This document shows, piece by piece, positions 1 to 11,992 of a stretch of DNA of 64,000 bases. Source of the DNA: an uncultured Planctomycetales bacterium (lineage in GTDB: Bacteria; Omnitrophota; Gorgyraeia; Zapsychrales; JAHFFX01); assembly GCA_964372915.1 (NCBI GenBank), contig CAYJRN010000003.1:16376-80375 (forward strand). Direction: 5' to 3'. The translations under genes were made by a program, and so were the position numbers. A model generated the notes under the pieces. It made no database searches and was not told the DNA's origin. It saw only the letters and a list, made by a program, of their open reading frames with translations. Within the stretch, counting starts at the first letter, position 1. Each line of letters opens with the position of its first letter.

Positions 1-13
1 GAAATGGTTAAAT

Positions 14-388
14 ATGCCGACAATACAGCAACTGATAAGAATTCGAAGAAGTCTCAAGAAGAAAAAGAGTAAATCGCCTGCCTTAACCGTTTGTCCGCAA
101 AGACGGGGGGTGTGTCTGCAGGTGAGGACCATGACACCGAAGAAACCGAACTCGGCATTAAGAAAAATCGCCAGGGTCCGTTTGTCGAACGGCATAGAAG
201 TGACATCCTATATTCCCGGCGAGGGCCACAATCTTCAAGAGCACTCGATTGTTTTGGTCCGCGGCGGAAGAGTTAAAGATTTGCCCGGGGTGCGTTATCA
301 CATTGTCAGGGGCACGCTCGATACCGCGGGTGTGGCAAAAAGACAAAAGTCCAGGTCCAAATACGGGACCAAAAGAGATAAAAAGTGA
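14..388 (+). CDS. rpsL: 30S ribosomal protein S12
   Basis: The N-terminus MPTIQQLIR and the [10 protein letters not shown] motif are typical of S12. Confidence 0.95.
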   Translation: MPTIQQLIRIRRSLKKKKSKSPALTVCPQRRGVCLQVRTMTPKKPNSALRKIARVRLSNGIEVTSYIPGEGHNLQEHSIVLVRGGRVKDLPGVRYHIVRGTLDTAGVAKRQKSRSKYGTKRDKK

Positions 389-444
389 GGGATCAGATAT
401 TTTCTAAGCGCCCTCATCCTGAGCGAAGCGAAGGATCATAAAAT

Positions 445-915
445 ATGAGAAGACGTTCAGCAGAGAAAAGAGAAACAACTCCGGATCCGAAGTTCAATAA
501 TACGACGGTCACGCGTTTCGTCAATATTGTGATGACGCACGGGCAGAAATCGGTGGCGGAAAATATCGTTTACGGGGCATTGGATATCCTGGTTCAAAAA
601 ACCGGCGAAGACAGCGCAATCAAAATCTTCAACAAAGCTATTGAAAATACTCGTCCTCGGCTTGAAGTCAAGCCCCGCCGCGTCGGCGGCGCTACCTATC
701 AAGTGCCGGTGGAAGTGAGTACCCCTCGCGGCGCCTCTCTGGCGATGCGCTGGATCAGGGATTTTGCCAGAACCAAAAAAGGAAAACCCATGATGGTCAA
801 ATTGGCCGATGAATTGTTGATGGCCTATAAGGGGGAAGGTTCCGCAATCAAGAAGCGAGATGAAACTCATAAAATGGCTGAGGCCAACAAGGCGTTCAGT
901 CACTTAAGGTGGTAA
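445..915 (+). CDS. rpsG: 30S ribosomal protein S7
   Basis: S7-like sequence in the canonical position after rpsL. Confidence 0.93.
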   Translation: MRRRSAEKRETTPDPKFNNTTVTRFVNIVMTHGQKSVAENIVYGALDILVQKTGEDSAIKIFNKAIENTRPRLEVKPRRVGGATYQVPVEVSTPRGASLAMRWIRDFARTKKGKPMMVKLADELLMAYKGEGSAIKKRDETHKMAEANKAFSHLRW

Positions 916-919
916 AGAC

Positions 920-3019
920 ATGGCAAAGACTGCCCCATTAGAAAAAGTCAGGAATATCGGGATCATCGCGCATATCGACGCGGGGAAAACGACGACGACC
1001 GAGAGAATTCTTTTCTACACGGGTGTCATCCATAAGATGGGGACCGTTGATGAAGGCAACACCGTTATGGATTTTATGCCTCAGGAGCAGGAACGAGGGA
1101 TTACCATTACGGCGGCCAACACCACGTGTTACTGGAAGGATTACAAGATCAACATCATTGACACTCCCGGCCACGTGGATTTCACCGTTGAAGTCGAGCG
1201 TTCCTTGAAAGTTCTAGACGGCGCGGTCGTCGTTTTTTGCGGTTGCAGCGGCGTTCAACCCCAAACCGAAACCGTTTGGCGTCAGGCGGATCGCTACCAG
1301 GTGCCGAGAATCGCTTTCATCAACAAAATGGATCGTATGGGGGCTGATTTTGAGCGTGTCGTCGGTGAAATGCATGATCGCTTGGGCGCCAACGCCGTCC
1401 CCATCCAGTTTCCCGTTGGTGCCGAAGACAGCTTTCGGGCCGTCATCGATATCATCACCGAAAAACATATTACCTACGATGATAAAGAAGGCGTTAACTT
1501 AATCCTCACCGAGGTCCCGGCAGAATTTAAAGACAAGGTGAAGCAATATCGCCATACATTGATCGAGAAATTAGCGGAAGTCGATGATGAGATGATGGAA
1601 AAGTTCTTGGCCGAAAAAGAGATCACCAACGACGACATCCAGTCCGCCATGAGAAGAAGTGTCCTCAAAAACGAATTTGTTCCGGTTCTGTGCGGTTCCT
1701 CCTTAAGAAACAAAGGCGTCCAAATGGTTTTGGATGCCGTAACCTACTATCTTCCTTCCCCCCTCGATGTTCCTCCCACGAAAGGAATCAATCCTGAGAC
1801 ACAAGAAAAAGAAGAAAGACTCCCGAGCGTCGATGTTCCGTTTTCGGCTCTGGTATTTAAAATCGCCTCCGATCCTTACGTCGGAAAATTATTTTACACC
1901 CGTATTTATTCCGGAAAACTCATTTCCGGTGTTCAAACCTATAATTCCACTAAAAAAATCAAAGAAAAAATTTCTAAAATTCTCGTTATGCACGCCAACA
2001 AACAGGAAATCGTGGACTCAGCCTCTGCCGGTGAAATCGTGGCTCTGGTCGGTTTGAAAGAGGCCAAGACGGGTGTCACATTATGCGACCCGGATCACCC
2101 CATTGTTTTGGAAAGTTTGCGCGTTCCGGAACCCGTCGTTTCCATGGCCATCGAGCCCAAATCGAAAGCCGATCAGGATAAGCTTGGTTTTATCATTAAA
2201 AAATTTCTTGATGAAGATCCTTCTTTAAGAGTTCAGTATGACCAGGAAACCGCGGAGACCATTATTTCCGGCATGGGAGAATTGCACTTGGAGATCATCA
2301 TCGACCGCATGAAACGCGAACACAATCTGGAATGCAATATCGGTCGTCCGCAGGTTGCTTATAAGGAAACGATTGTCAATAAAGTTCAAGGGGTCGTCGG
2401 CAAATTCATTTCGCAATCCGGCGGCCGCGGTCAGTACGGCCACGTGGTCATCGATGTCGAACCTTCCGAAGAGAAGGGCAAGGGAGTTACTTTTATCAAC
2501 AAGATCCGCGGCGGCTCTGTCCCTCGGGAGTTCATCAAGCCTTGCGAAGAGGGGGTGCGCACGGCATCCTTGAACGGTGTCTTGGCCGGCTATCCGGTCA
2601 TTGATCTTACCGTCACCTTAGTCGACGGTTCCTATCACGAAGTGGACTCGAGCGAGTTGGCGTTCCAGTTGGCGTCCAAATACGCTTTACACGATGCTTT
2701 GCGGCAGGGGAAATCAAAATTCCTCGAGCCCATTATGGATATTGAAATTGTTGTCCCGGAAGATTATCAGGGGGCGGTCGTCGGTGACCTTAACACCCGT
2801 CGGGCCAAAATTGTTTCGATGGGTTCTCGAGGTAAACTTAAGACCGCTCGTTGTGAAGTTCCGCTGGCGGAGATGTTCAATTACGCCAACGCCTTAAGAT
2901 CGCTGTCGCAAGGTCGTGCCACGTTCTCGATGGAGCCGGCCTTTTACGCGGAAGTTCCGCACCATATCACCGAGAAAATTATCGGCATGAGACAAGAAAC
3001 GGCAGGACATAAAAAATAA
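920..3019 (+). CDS. fusA: Elongation factor G
   Basis: GTPase motifs AHIDAGKTT and DTPGHVDF, 699 aa, str operon context. Confidence 0.96.
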   Translation: MAKTAPLEKVRNIGIIAHIDAGKTTTTERILFYTGVIHKMGTVDEGNTVMDFMPQEQERGITITAANTTCYWKDYKINIIDTPGHVDFTVEVERSLKVLDGAVVVFCGCSGVQPQTETVWRQADRYQVPRIAFINKMDRMGADFERVVGEMHDRLGANAVPIQFPVGAEDSFRAVIDIITEKHITYDDKEGVNLILTEVPAEFKDKVKQYRHTLIEKLAEVDDEMMEKFLAEKEITNDDIQSAMRRSVLKNEFVPVLCGSSLRNKGVQMVLDAVTYYLPSPLDVPPTKGINPETQEKEERLPSVDVPFSALVFKIASDPYVGKLFYTRIYSGKLISGVQTYNSTKKIKEKISKILVMHANKQEIVDSASAGEIVALVGLKEAKTGVTLCDPDHPIVLESLRVPEPVVSMAIEPKSKADQDKLGFIIKKFLDEDPSLRVQYDQETAETIISGMGELHLEIIIDRMKREHNLECNIGRPQVAYKETIVNKVQGVVGKFISQSGGRGQYGHVVIDVEPSEEKGKGVTFINKIRGGSVPREFIKPCEEGVRTASLNGVLAGYPVIDLTVTLVDGSYHEVDSSELAFQLASKYALHDALRQGKSKFLEPIMDIEIVVPEDYQGAVVGDLNTRRAKIVSMGSRGKLKTARCEVPLAEMFNYANALRSLSQGRATFSMEPAFYAEVPHHITEKIIGMRQETAGHKK

Positions 3020-3033
3020 AGGGAGGTAATCAC

Positions 3034-4227
3034 ATGGCTAAGGAAAAATTTATAAGAAATAAACCGCATTTAAACATCGGAACCATCGGTCACGTTGATC
3101 ATGGTAAGACGACCTTGAGCGCGGCCATTACGACAGTTTTGTCCAAGCAGGGTTTGGCTCAGGCCCGTTCCTATGATTCCATTGACAACGCTCCCGAAGA
3201 GAAAGAGCGCGGCGTTACCATCAACATCTCCCACTTGGAGTATGAAACGCCGACCAGACACTATGCGCACATCGACTGCCCCGGACACGCGGACTACATC
3301 AAGAATATGATCACCGGCGCGGCTCAGATGGATGGCGCTATCCTCGTTGTTTCAGCCGCGGATGGTCCCATGCCTCAAACCAGAGAGCATATCCTTTTGG
3401 CCCGCCAGGTCAACGTTCCCCATGTCGTTGTGTTCATGAACAAATGCGACCAAGTGGAAGATAAAGAACTTTTGGATTTGGTTGAACTCGAAATCCGTGA
3501 CCTCTTGACCAAATACAAGTTCCCGGGCGATAAAACCCCTATTATTAAGGGAAGCGCCTTGGAGGCCTTGAACAACCCAACCGATGCCGCCAAGACCAAA
3601 CCGATCCTTGATCTTATGAAGGCAGTCGACGAATTCATCCCGGAACCTAAGAGAGATTTGGATAAACCGTTCTCTATGGCCGTGGAAGACGTTTTTTCGA
3701 TTTCCGGCCGCGGGACCGTTGCGACGGGTCGTGTTGAAAGAGGGATTTGCAAGGTCGGCGAGGAAGTTGACGTCGTGGGTTTGCGTCCCAACATTCAGAA
3801 GACCGTTATTACGGGGGTGGAAATGTTCCGTAAGGAATTGGATCAAGGTCAGGCCGGGGACAACGTCGGGCTCCTCCTAAGAGGCATGGACAAGGATTCG
3901 ATCGAAAGAGGAATGGTTTTGGCCAAGATTGGTTCCATCACTCCGCATACCCAGTTCAAGGCAACGGTGTACGTTTTGACCAAGGAAGAGGGGGGACGCC
4001 ACACGCCGTTCTTTAAAGGATATCGTCCGCAATTCTATTTTAGAACGACCGACGTTACCGGTACCGCCGAGTTGCCTAAGGGGGTCGAGATGTGTATGCC
4101 CGGTGACAACGTGGAGCTCGCAGTCGAGTTGATCACTCCCGTCGCCATGGAAAAAGAGCTTCGCTTCGCCATTCGCGAAGGCGGGCGCACCGTTGGAGCG
4201 GGTGTCATCTCTGAGATCATCAAGTAA
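3034..4227 (+). CDS. tuf: Elongation factor Tu
   Basis: [18 protein letters not shown] and NKCD motifs, 397 aa. Confidence 0.97.
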   Translation: MAKEKFIRNKPHLNIGTIGHVDHGKTTLSAAITTVLSKQGLAQARSYDSIDNAPEEKERGVTINISHLEYETPTRHYAHIDCPGHADYIKNMITGAAQMDGAILVVSAADGPMPQTREHILLARQVNVPHVVVFMNKCDQVEDKELLDLVELEIRDLLTKYKFPGDKTPIIKGSALEALNNPTDAAKTKPILDLMKAVDEFIPEPKRDLDKPFSMAVEDVFSISGRGTVATGRVERGICKVGEEVDVVGLRPNIQKTVITGVEMFRKELDQGQAGDNVGLLLRGMDKDSIERGMVLAKIGSITPHTQFKATVYVLTKEEGGRHTPFFKGYRPQFYFRTTDVTGTAELPKGVEMCMPGDNVELAVELITPVAMEKELRFAIREGGRTVGAGVISEIIK

Positions 4228-4275
4228 GCAGCGCTCTTTATCAAAGCTTCAAAGAACACGTAAGGTAACGTAGTT

Positions 4276-4578
4276 ATGCAAAAAATTCGAATTAAACTGA
4301 AAGCCTACGATCATCGATTGATCGATCAGTCAACACAGGAAATCGTGGACACGGCGATCCGCACCGGTGCCAAGGTCTGCGGCCCTGTACCGCTTCCCAC
4401 CAAAAAGGAGCTGTACACGGTCTTGAGATCGCCGGTCATCGATAAGAAATCGCGCGAGCAGTTTCATTTGGCCACGCATAAACGTTTGATTGATCTCATC
4501 GAACCGACGGCCAAGACCGTCGAAGCTTTAAGAAAGCTCAATCTCCCCGCCGGGGTGGACGTGGAGATCAAGCAATAA
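4276..4578 (+). CDS. rpsJ: 30S ribosomal protein S10
   Basis: [19 protein letters not shown] is S10-like; first gene of the S10 operon. Confidence 0.94.
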   Translation: MQKIRIKLKAYDHRLIDQSTQEIVDTAIRTGAKVCGPVPLPTKKELYTVLRSPVIDKKSREQFHLATHKRLIDLIEPTAKTVEALRKLNLPAGVDVEIKQ

Positions 4579-4591
4579 TTCACAGGATCAC

Positions 4592-5302
4592 ATGATCAGC
4601 GGACTCATTGGAAAAAAACTTGGCATGACGCAGATTTTCAACCACGACGGGAACATCATCCCGGTGACCGTTGTTGAAGCGGGCCCCTGCACTATTTTGA
4701 AGACGATCGATGCTCCTTTGAAGGTGATGCTCGGTTATGGACTACTGAAAGAGTCAAGAGTTAAGAAACCACAACAGGGGTTTTTTAAGAAAATCGGAGT
4801 GGCGCCGCTTGGCATGATCAGAGAATTCCGTTCTAGCGACAACAAAGATTACAAGGCGGGTCAGGAGATCAAGGCCGATCTTTTTAAAGCCGGCGATTTT
4901 GTGGATGTGACCGGCGTTTCGATTGGCAAAGGTTTTCAGGGCGGTATGAAGCGTTGGGGTTGGAAGGGTGGTCCGGCTTCTCACGGGTCTATGCATCACC
5001 GTCGGGTCGGTTCAATTGGTTCCAGCGCCGACCCTTCTCGCGTCTGGAAAGGCCATCATATGCCCGGCCACATGGGAAACAGAACCGCCACGACCCAATC
5101 CTTACGCGTGATGCAGGTCGATGCGGAAAATAATCTGTTACTCTTGAAAGGTTCGGTCCCCGGATTTGACAGCGGATACATCACGATTCAAAGATCGAAA
5201 AAGAAAGTATTCAAGCCCTTGGATGAGGTCAAGGTCGTCGTGGAGAAAAAGAAAAACCCCATGAAACAGGCGAAGGCCAAGGTCGCGGGTAAAGGAAAGT
5301 AA
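4592..5302 (+). CDS. rplC: 50S ribosomal protein L3, with a Lys-rich C-terminal tail
   Basis: L3-like core in the expected gene order. Confidence 0.92.
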   Translation: MISGLIGKKLGMTQIFNHDGNIIPVTVVEAGPCTILKTIDAPLKVMLGYGLLKESRVKKPQQGFFKKIGVAPLGMIREFRSSDNKDYKAGQEIKADLFKAGDFVDVTGVSIGKGFQGGMKRWGWKGGPASHGSMHHRRVGSIGSSADPSRVWKGHHMPGHMGNRTATTQSLRVMQVDAENNLLLLKGSVPGFDSGYITIQRSKKKVFKPLDEVKVVVEKKKNPMKQAKAKVAGKGK

Positions 5303-5303
5303 T

Positions 5304-5927
5304 ATGCCCTCGGTTCCGGTTTTTACATTTGATGGAAAACAGAAAGAAACGGTTGATCTCCCGGATGCGGTTTTTGGGCAAAAGGTCAACACGGATATCA
5401 TTCACCAGGCCGTATTGATGTACCAGGCCGGAGGGCGCCAGGGAACCGCTAAGACCAAGGGCCGGGCGGAGGTTTCCGGCGGCGGTAAGAAGCCATTTCG
5501 TCAAAAAGGAACGGGCCGCGCGCGGGCCGGTTCCATACGTTCGCCTCTTTGGATGGGCGGCGGAGTTACCTTCGGTCCGGTCTTAAGGGATTACAGTTAT
5601 TCTATTCCTAAGAAAATTAAAGTGGCGGCCTTAAGAGAAAGCTTGAACGCCAAATTTCTCGACAAGAACTTGACCTGTGTCCAAGATTTGAGCATCAAGT
5701 CCAACAAGACTAAAGATTTTGCCAAAGCCCTGTCGGGATTGAAGCTCGAGGGGAAAATATTGGCCCTGTGGGATGGGAAGGACGGAAACGTGGTCAGGGT
5801 CTCTCGGAACCTTCCCCGTTTTCGGCTTATCCGCTCTGCGGATGTCAATGCCTATGATGTCATGGCGGCCAAGAAAATTTTAATCACCAAAACGGCTCTA
5901 CAAGATTTATTGAAACGAATCAAATGA
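5304..5927 (+). CDS. rplD: 50S ribosomal protein L4
   Basis: L4-like sequence in the expected gene order. Confidence 0.92.
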   Translation: MPSVPVFTFDGKQKETVDLPDAVFGQKVNTDIIHQAVLMYQAGGRQGTAKTKGRAEVSGGGKKPFRQKGTGRARAGSIRSPLWMGGGVTFGPVLRDYSYSIPKKIKVAALRESLNAKFLDKNLTCVQDLSIKSNKTKDFAKALSGLKLEGKILALWDGKDGNVVRVSRNLPRFRLIRSADVNAYDVMAAKKILITKTALQDLLKRIK

Positions 5928-6202
5928 TTACATCCTACGATATCATCAAAACGTTGGTAAGGACGGAAAAAGGCACGCTCCTGGAGCCGCAGCGCCAGTA
6001 TCTTTTCGCGGTGGCCAAAAGGGCCACCAAGATCGACATCAAACGGGCCGTGGAGGAAATTTACAAGATCCAGGTGCAAAGTGTCAACACCCAAATCGTG
6101 GCGGGAAAAAGAAAAAGAGTCCGCCAGGAGTTCGGCTATACCGACGATTGGAAAAAAGCGATTGTGACCCTTAAAGAGGGTCAGAAAATAGAAACAACTT
6201 GA
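5924..6202 (+). CDS. rplW: 50S ribosomal protein L23
   Basis: L23-like sequence; 4-nt overlap with rplD. Confidence 0.92.
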   Translation: MITSYDIIKTLVRTEKGTLLEPQRQYLFAVAKRATKIDIKRAVEEIYKIQVQSVNTQIVAGKRKRVRQEFGYTDDWKKAIVTLKEGQKIETT

Positions 6203-6269
6203 TGTGCCTCGCGCCGCAAGTTAGACGAATGGCGCTTAAGCATGAGCACGATCAGTTAACGAGGAACCC

Positions 6270-7106
6270 ATGGGCTTAAAAACTTTTAAACCGACAACCC
6301 CGGGATTAAGACACGCGGTGATTTCCGATTTCGTGGAGATCACCAAAGGGTATCCGGAAAAATCTTTATTAAGACCCCTCAAGAAATCGGGTGGACGCAA
6401 TTTTTATGGCCGCATCACCTCGCGTCATCGAGGCGGCGGACACAAGCGGATGTATCGGCTTATCGATTTCAAGCGCGATCGGATCGATGCCCCGGCCAAA
6501 GTTTTGGCGATTGAATATGATCCTAACCGCACCAGCCGCATTGCGCTCATTCAATATCAGGACGAGCAGAAAAGCTACATCCTCGCCCCGCTCGAGCTCA
6601 AAGTCGGTGATGAAATTGTGAGCACCCAGCAAGCGAATGTGGAAATAAGAGCGGGCAACTGTATGCCGCTGGCGCGTATCCCGTTGGGGAGCGCCATTCA
6701 CAATATTGAATTGCAGCCCGGCAAGGGCGGGCAAATCGTTCGCTCCGCCGGTTCTTCGGCGCAGTTGATGGCCAAGGAAGGCGGGTTCGCCCAAATCCGT
6801 TTGCCCTCGAGTGAAGTGAGAAAAATCAAGTTGGGATGCCGCGCGACCATCGGTCAGGTCGGTAACGTCGAGAACGAATCGATCTCAATCGGTAAGGCCG
6901 GACGCAATCGCTGGCTGGGGAGAAAACCGCAGTCTCGCGGGGTTGTCATGAACCCGCACGATCACCCTCATGGCGGCGGTGAAGGTAAGTCCCCACAGGG
7001 CAATCCCCATCCTGTGACCCCGTGGGGAAAACCCACAAAAGGCTACCGCACCCGTAAGCGCCGGAAATATTCGGATCCGTTTATCATAAAAAGAAGGACA
7101 AAATAA
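6270..7106 (+). CDS. rplB: 50S ribosomal protein L2
   Basis: [16 protein letters not shown]-terminus, 278 aa. Confidence 0.95.
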   Translation: MGLKTFKPTTPGLRHAVISDFVEITKGYPEKSLLRPLKKSGGRNFYGRITSRHRGGGHKRMYRLIDFKRDRIDAPAKVLAIEYDPNRTSRIALIQYQDEQKSYILAPLELKVGDEIVSTQQANVEIRAGNCMPLARIPLGSAIHNIELQPGKGGQIVRSAGSSAQLMAKEGGFAQIRLPSSEVRKIKLGCRATIGQVGNVENESISIGKAGRNRWLGRKPQSRGVVMNPHDHPHGGGEGKSPQGNPHPVTPWGKPTKGYRTRKRRKYSDPFIIKRRTK

Positions 7107-7109
7107 GTC

Positions 7110-7397
7110 ATGACCCGCTCGCTCAAAAAAGGGCCGTTTGTCGATGAGGGCTTACTGAAGAAGGTAGAAAAGATGAACCGGCTGGGACAAAAGCAGCCGA
7201 TCAAGACCTGGTCGAGGCGTTCGACCATTACCCCCGACTTCGTCGGAATGACGATCGCCATCCATGATGGAAAAAAACATGTTCCGGTGTTCGTCACCGA
7301 AAACATGGTGGGTTATAAGTTAGGAGAGTTCGCGCCTTCTCGCATTTTCAAGAAGCACGGCGGTGTTAAGGCCAAAAAGGCCCCGGATAAGACTTAA
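7110..7397 (+). CDS. rpsS: 30S ribosomal protein S19
   Basis: [13 protein letters not shown]-terminus. Confidence 0.95.
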   Translation: MTRSLKKGPFVDEGLLKKVEKMNRLGQKQPIKTWSRRSTITPDFVGMTIAIHDGKKHVPVFVTENMVGYKLGEFAPSRIFKKHGGVKAKKAPDKT

Positions 7398-7406
7398 AAT
7401 TAAATT

Positions 7407-7742
7407 ATGATTGTACAAGCCAAAGGAAAGTTTATTCGTGTCGCGCCGATGAAAATGCGGCAGGTGATTGACTTGATCCGAGGGAAAGACATCCCTGCCT
7501 CCTTGGCGATCTTGACACATGTCAACAAGGGTTCGACTCGCTCCGTGTCCAAGGTTCTTAACTCGGCGGTGAGCTCTGCCAAGCAAAAGGGCTTAAACGA
7601 GGATCAACTTTTTATTTCGAAGATCGTGGCGGACCAGGGGCCGTCGTGGAAAAGATACCGCGCTGCCGGGTTCGGCCGCGCCTCGAGTATTTTAAAACGT
7701 ACCACTCATTTAACCATTGAACTGGATGTCAAAACCAAGTAA
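7407..7742 (+). CDS. rplV: 50S ribosomal protein L22
   Basis: L22-like sequence in the expected gene order. Confidence 0.92.
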   Translation: MIVQAKGKFIRVAPMKMRQVIDLIRGKDIPASLAILTHVNKGSTRSVSKVLNSAVSSAKQKGLNEDQLFISKIVADQGPSWKRYRAAGFGRASSILKRTTHLTIELDVKTK

Positions 7743-7754
7743 GGGAGAAACGAC

Positions 7755-8456
7755 GTGGGTCAAAAGGTCAGTCCGTTAATCATCAGAATCGGCTATATCA
7801 AGAATTGGAGAAGCCTTTGGTATGCCGATAAAAAAGAATTCGCCAAGAATATCAAGGAAGATTATAAAATTCGTAAATACATCAAAAAAAGATTTGAGCA
7901 GGCGGCGATTTCGCTCGTGGTGATTGAGAGATTGGCGGAACAAGTCAAAGTGAAGATTCATTCGGCCAGACCGGGCATCATCATCGGCCGCCGTGGAGCC
8001 GACATCGATAAGTTAAGAACCGAGCTGGGGAATCTCAGCCCTAAAGAGATTTCCATTGATATCGTCGAAATCAAGAATCCGGCCATCGACGCCCAGCTGA
8101 TCGCCCAGAACGTCGCGCTTCAATTAGAGAAGAGGGTGGCGTTTCGCCGCGCGATGAAAAGATCGATTGAACAGGCGATGACCTCGGGCGCCAAAGGCGT
8201 CAAGATCAGTTGCGCGGGGCGTTTGGGCGGCGCGGAAATGTCTCGCCGGGAAACATATAAAGAAGGGAAGCTTCCCTTGCAGACCTTTCGAGCGGATGTG
8301 GACTATGGTTTTGCCGAGGCTTTAACGACGTACGGAATTTTAGGGATCAAGGCTTGGGTCTATAAGGGGGATGTGATCGATGTGCGAGCTCCAGAGCTTC
8401 AATCTGCGCAAACTGCGGAAGATCTCAACAAAATAAAAGCGGCAAAAGGAGAATAA
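7755..8456 (+). CDS. rpsC: 30S ribosomal protein S3
   Basis: MGQKVSP N-terminus and a KH domain. Confidence 0.94.
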   Translation: MGQKVSPLIIRIGYIKNWRSLWYADKKEFAKNIKEDYKIRKYIKKRFEQAAISLVVIERLAEQVKVKIHSARPGIIIGRRGADIDKLRTELGNLSPKEISIDIVEIKNPAIDAQLIAQNVALQLEKRVAFRRAMKRSIEQAMTSGAKGVKISCAGRLGGAEMSRRETYKEGKLPLQTFRADVDYGFAEALTTYGILGIKAWVYKGDVIDVRAPELQSAQTAEDLNKIKAAKGE

Positions 8457-8460
8457 TTCC

Positions 8461-8880
8461 ATGGCGCTTATGCCCAGAAGAGTGAAGTATCGCAAGAGCC
8501 AGCGCGGCAAGAACAGAGGCATTTCGATCCGCGGCAGTACGCTCACCTTCGGTGAATTTGGTTTGAAGGCCATCGAGAATGGGTTCATCAAAAGCAATCA
8601 CATTGAAGCGGCGCGCGTGGTTGTCGCCCGTAAGTCCCGAGGGGCGAGCCGTCTATGGATCAATATTTTTCCCAGTAAGCCGGTTACCATGAAACCGGCG
8701 GAAACCCGTCAGGGAAAGGGAAAAGGAGATTTGGCCTTTTGGGGATCCAATGTCAAGCGCGGCAAGGTTCTTTTTGAAATGTCCGGTGTGCCGGAGGCGT
8801 TCGCGAAACAAATCTTTCGTCTGGTGGCCTTCAAGCTGCCCGTGAGAACCAGATTTATTACCCGGGAAATGGTGTTATAA
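8461..8880 (+). CDS. rplP: 50S ribosomal protein L16
   Basis: MPRRVKYRKSQRG is L16-like. Confidence 0.94.
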   Translation: MALMPRRVKYRKSQRGKNRGISIRGSTLTFGEFGLKAIENGFIKSNHIEAARVVVARKSRGASRLWINIFPSKPVTMKPAETRQGKGKGDLAFWGSNVKRGKVLFEMSGVPEAFAKQIFRLVAFKLPVRTRFITREMVL

Positions 8881-8901
8881 CTTACCCAGCGAAGGTTTTT
8901 T

Positions 8902-9108
8902 ATGAAAACGAAAGAATTAAGAGTGCTCACGGCGGAAGATCTTTTAGAGAAGGAAAAGACTTTGAAGAAGGAACTTTTTGGCCTGCAATTTGAGCGCAAG
9001 ATGGGGCGCGTGGAAAAGCCGGGTCGTTTTCGTTCGCTGCGCCGCGAGATTGCCCGGATCCTTACCCTCCTTAATGAAAAGGAACAAGATGGAAGAAAGA
9101 ATCAATAA
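8902..9108 (+). CDS. rpmC: 50S ribosomal protein L29
   Basis: A 68-aa L29-like protein. Confidence 0.9.
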   Translation: MKTKELRVLTAEDLLEKEKTLKKELFGLQFERKMGRVEKPGRFRSLRREIARILTLLNEKEQDGRKNQ

Positions 9109-9349
9109 GCGCAAGTTTTTTAATGGGATCGTTGTGAGCGACAAGATGAACAAGACCCGCGTGGTGCAGGTGCGCTGGTCCTCGAAACATGACCGTTACA
9201 CCAAGACGATCCGTCGGGCGGTCAAATTCAAGGCTCACGATGAAAAGAACGCTTCCAAAATGGGCGACATGGTCAAGATCATGGAAACCCGGCCGCTTTC
9301 CAAGGATAAGCGCTGGACTATCTGTGAAATTATAAAGGACACAAAATAA
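9089..9349 (+). CDS. rpsQ: 30S ribosomal protein S17
   Basis: Start trimmed to the ATG at 9089 ([23 protein letters not shown]), which has an AAGGA ribosome-binding site. The longer ORF-track start at 8978 would overlap rpmC. Confidence 0.85.
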   Translation: MEERINKRKFFNGIVVSDKMNKTRVVQVRWSSKHDRYTKTIRRAVKFKAHDEKNASKMGDMVKIMETRPLSKDKRWTICEIIKDTK

Positions 9350-9356
9350 AAGGGCC

Positions 9357-9725
9357 ATGATTTTTTTAAGATCAATATTGGATGTCGCGGACAATACGGG
9401 CGCGCGCAAAGCCTCCTTCATCGGCGTCTTAAACAGCAAAGGCCGCATGACGGCGAAAGTGGGAGATATCGTGCGCGTGAACATCAAGGAATCTGCCCCG
9501 GAAGCGGCCGTTAAGAAAGGTGATATGGCCAAGGCCATTATCGTCCGTACGAAAGCCCCGATTCGCCGTTCGGATGGAACCTATGTTCGTTTTGACAGTA
9601 ACGCCGTCGTTATCATTGATGATACCGGCAATCCGCGCGGGACGCGCGTGTTCGGTCCGGTCGCGCGCGAGTTGCGTAATTTGGAATACATGAAAATCGT
9701 GTCCCTGGCCCCCGAGGTCATCTAA
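9357..9725 (+). CDS. rplN: 50S ribosomal protein L14
   Basis: L14-like protein of 122 aa. Confidence 0.93.
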   Translation: MIFLRSILDVADNTGARKASFIGVLNSKGRMTAKVGDIVRVNIKESAPEAAVKKGDMAKAIIVRTKAPIRRSDGTYVRFDSNAVVIIDDTGNPRGTRVFGPVARELRNLEYMKIVSLAPEVI

Positions 9726-10036
9726 TGTTAAGAATCAAGAAAGATGACACGGTTGTCGTGATTGCCGGCAAGGACAAAGGAAAAACCGGCAAGGTGAGGA
9801 TCGTTTATCCTAAGCTGTACAAGGCTTTGGTGGAGAACATTAATATCGTGAAGAAGGCGCGTCGGCGCACGCAGCAGGATCAAAAAGGGGGCATCGTGGA
9901 CATTGAGGCGCCCATTCATCTGTCGAATCTTATGCTCATCGATAAGCAATCCGGTAAGCCCTCTCGCTTTTCAACATCCACCTTGAAGGATGGTTCGAAG
10001 GTTCGTTTAAGCAAAAAAAATGGAGCGACCATCTAG
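9725..10036 (+). CDS. rplX: 50S ribosomal protein L24
   Basis: KKDDTVVVIAGKDKGK is the L24 KOW motif. Confidence 0.93.
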   Translation: MLRIKKDDTVVVIAGKDKGKTGKVRIVYPKLYKALVENINIVKKARRRTQQDQKGGIVDIEAPIHLSNLMLIDKQSGKPSRFSTSTLKDGSKVRLSKKNGATI

Positions 10037-10134
10037 TGCGCCTACAACTGTCTTTCTGTGAAGAATCCGGGGATAGAAAAGGCGACACGAGCGTCTCTTT
10101 TTCTAAGTAATAAATAATAGCAGGAGCGCTGGCT

Positions 10135-10698
10135 ATGAAACCGCGTTTGCAGGAAAGATATCAGAAAGAAGTCATTCCCGAAATGCAAAAAAAGTTCGGG
10201 ATCAAGAACGTGAACGCCGTTACCCGCATCGAGAAGATCGTGGTGAATATGGGCGTGGGCGAAGCCATTAATGATCAGAAGATCATTGAAAGGGCCGCTG
10301 AAGACCTCGCAACGATCACCGGCCAGAAACCGACGATCCGCCATGCCAAAATCGCCATTTCCAATTTTAAATTGAAAGTTGGGGCGGCGGTGGGTTGCAA
10401 GGTCACCTTGCGCCGGGTCAGGATGTACGAATTTTTGGACAGGCTCCTCAACGTGACCCTGCCGCGTATCCGTGACTTTAACGGCGTTTCCAAGAAATCC
10501 TTTGACCACGACGGGAATTATAGCATGGGGTTTAAGGAACAGTCGATCTTCCCGGAGATCGATGCCGGTAGAATCCAGCACACCCAAGGGATGGATATCA
10601 CCTTCGTGTTTAACCGGAAATCCCCAGAGCAAAATTTCGAACTATTGCGGCTCATGGGAATGCCGTTCGCTCCGACGCCAGAAAGCCATAGCCGTTAG
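10135..10698 (+). CDS. rplE: 50S ribosomal protein L5
   Basis: L5-like protein of 187 aa. Confidence 0.94.
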   Translation: MKPRLQERYQKEVIPEMQKKFGIKNVNAVTRIEKIVVNMGVGEAINDQKIIERAAEDLATITGQKPTIRHAKIAISNFKLKVGAAVGCKVTLRRVRMYEFLDRLLNVTLPRIRDFNGVSKKSFDHDGNYSMGFKEQSIFPEIDAGRIQHTQGMDITFVFNRKSPEQNFELLRLMGMPFAPTPESHSR

Positions 10699-10752
10699 CA
10701 TCAATGACCGGCTTTCTGGCGGCGGAACTCATCAGCAAAAAGAGAATTCATT

Positions 10753-10941
10753 ATGGCAAGAAAATGTTTGGTCAATAAGGCTTTCATGTTTAAACCGAAA
10801 TTTTCGGTACGCCAGCACAATCGTTGTCCATTGTGCGGCCGCTCGAGAGGTTATTTAAGAAGGTTCGGTGCCTGCCGCATTTGTTTTCGGGAGTTGGCCT
10901 GGAAAGGCGAAATCCCCGGCGTTAGAAAGGCCAGTTGGTAG
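10753..10941 (+). CDS. rpsN: 30S ribosomal protein S14, zinc-binding type Z
   Basis: A 62-aa protein with CPLC...CRIC cysteine pairs. Confidence 0.9.
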   Translation: MARKCLVNKAFMFKPKFSVRQHNRCPLCGRSRGYLRRFGACRICFRELAWKGEIPGVRKASW

Positions 10942-10985
10942 AGCAGCGTACTCGTAAAATATATTAAAGAGGATTTAATCGCACA

Positions 10986-11384
10986 ATGTCTTTAAACGAT
11001 CCGATTAGCAATTTGTTGACCAATGTTCGTAACGCCGCCGGTGCCCGCCAAGAGACGGTGGATATCCCCGCGTCTCGTTTGGGACAGAAGATCCTTGAGA
11101 TCTTCAAGACCGACGGGTACATCGAAGATTTTCGCCTTCTCAAGGACAACAAGCAGGGGCTCTTTAAGATTTATCTCAAGTATGGTCAGGATAAAAAATC
11201 CGCGATTATCGGCTTAAAGAGAATTTCAAAACCGGGCCTGAGGGTTTATTGTCAGCGGGACAATATCCCGCGGGTCATCGACGGGCTTGGAACGGCCATC
11301 CTTTCAACCTCCAGAGGTGTTATGACCGACCGGCAGGCTCGTAAGAACAAAGTCGGCGGCGAAGTCATGTGTTTCGTTTGGTAG
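10986..11384 (+). CDS. rpsH: 30S ribosomal protein S8
   Basis: S8-like sequence in the expected gene order. Confidence 0.93.
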   Translation: MSLNDPISNLLTNVRNAAGARQETVDIPASRLGQKILEIFKTDGYIEDFRLLKDNKQGLFKIYLKYGQDKKSAIIGLKRISKPGLRVYCQRDNIPRVIDGLGTAILSTSRGVMTDRQARKNKVGGEVMCFVW

Positions 11385-11448
11385 GAGAACCACCTTAAGC
11401 GAGTCTGCAGGGCGAGTTGAAGAGTCAAGCTGAGAAGGTTAAACAAAA

Positions 11449-11988
11449 ATGTCCAGATTAGGAAAAATACCGGTTAATCTTCCCAAAGAGGTCAAGATCG
11501 TCCTCAATAAGGAAGCGGTCCAGGTGAGCGGCCCCAAGGGCCAGATGTCGATCCTCGTGCCTCAGGGAATCAGTCTACAGCAGAAGGAAGATAAGATTTT
11601 GGTCAATCGCTCGACCGACAACAAGCAAGCCAAGGCCAATCATGGGACCATCCGGGCCATCTTGGTGAATTCCATTCAGGGGGTCACGCAAGGCCATAAG
11701 ATCGACCTGGAAGTGCAGGGGGTAGGTTTCCGCGGTCAGGTTCAGGGAGACAAGTTGACGTTAACCTTGGGGTTCAGCCACCCTATTGAATACACGATTC
11801 CCAAAGGCGTCAAAGTCTCTACCCCTAAACCGACGGAGATATCAGTGGAAGGTATTGATAACGCCTTGGTCGGAGAGGTGGCTGCCAACATTCGCCGCTT
11901 TAAACCGCCGGAGCCATATAAGGGCAAGGGCATCAGATACGTCACAGAAGTGGTTAGAAGAAAGCAAGGGAAATCCGTTACTAAATAA
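11449..11988 (+). CDS. rplF: 50S ribosomal protein L6
   Basis: L6-like sequence in the expected gene order. Confidence 0.93.
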   Translation: MSRLGKIPVNLPKEVKIVLNKEAVQVSGPKGQMSILVPQGISLQQKEDKILVNRSTDNKQAKANHGTIRAILVNSIQGVTQGHKIDLEVQGVGFRGQVQGDKLTLTLGFSHPIEYTIPKGVKVSTPKPTEISVEGIDNALVGEVAANIRRFKPPEPYKGKGIRYVTEVVRRKQGKSVTK

Positions 11989-11992
11989 TAGT

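Noticed and set aside
457-903. Antisense ORFs inside rpsG (and similar minus-strand ORFs inside fusA, tuf, rpsM-rpsK 16613-17440, groEL 59640-60707, and others)
   Set aside because: Each is fully overlapped by a high-confidence conserved gene on the opposite strand. Their composition is low-complexity and they have no start context.
8978-9349. Long form of rpsQ starting inside rpmC
   Set aside because: The N-terminal 37 residues are Arg/Ala-rich out-of-frame rpmC sequence. The canonical S17 N-terminus with an RBS begins at 9089.
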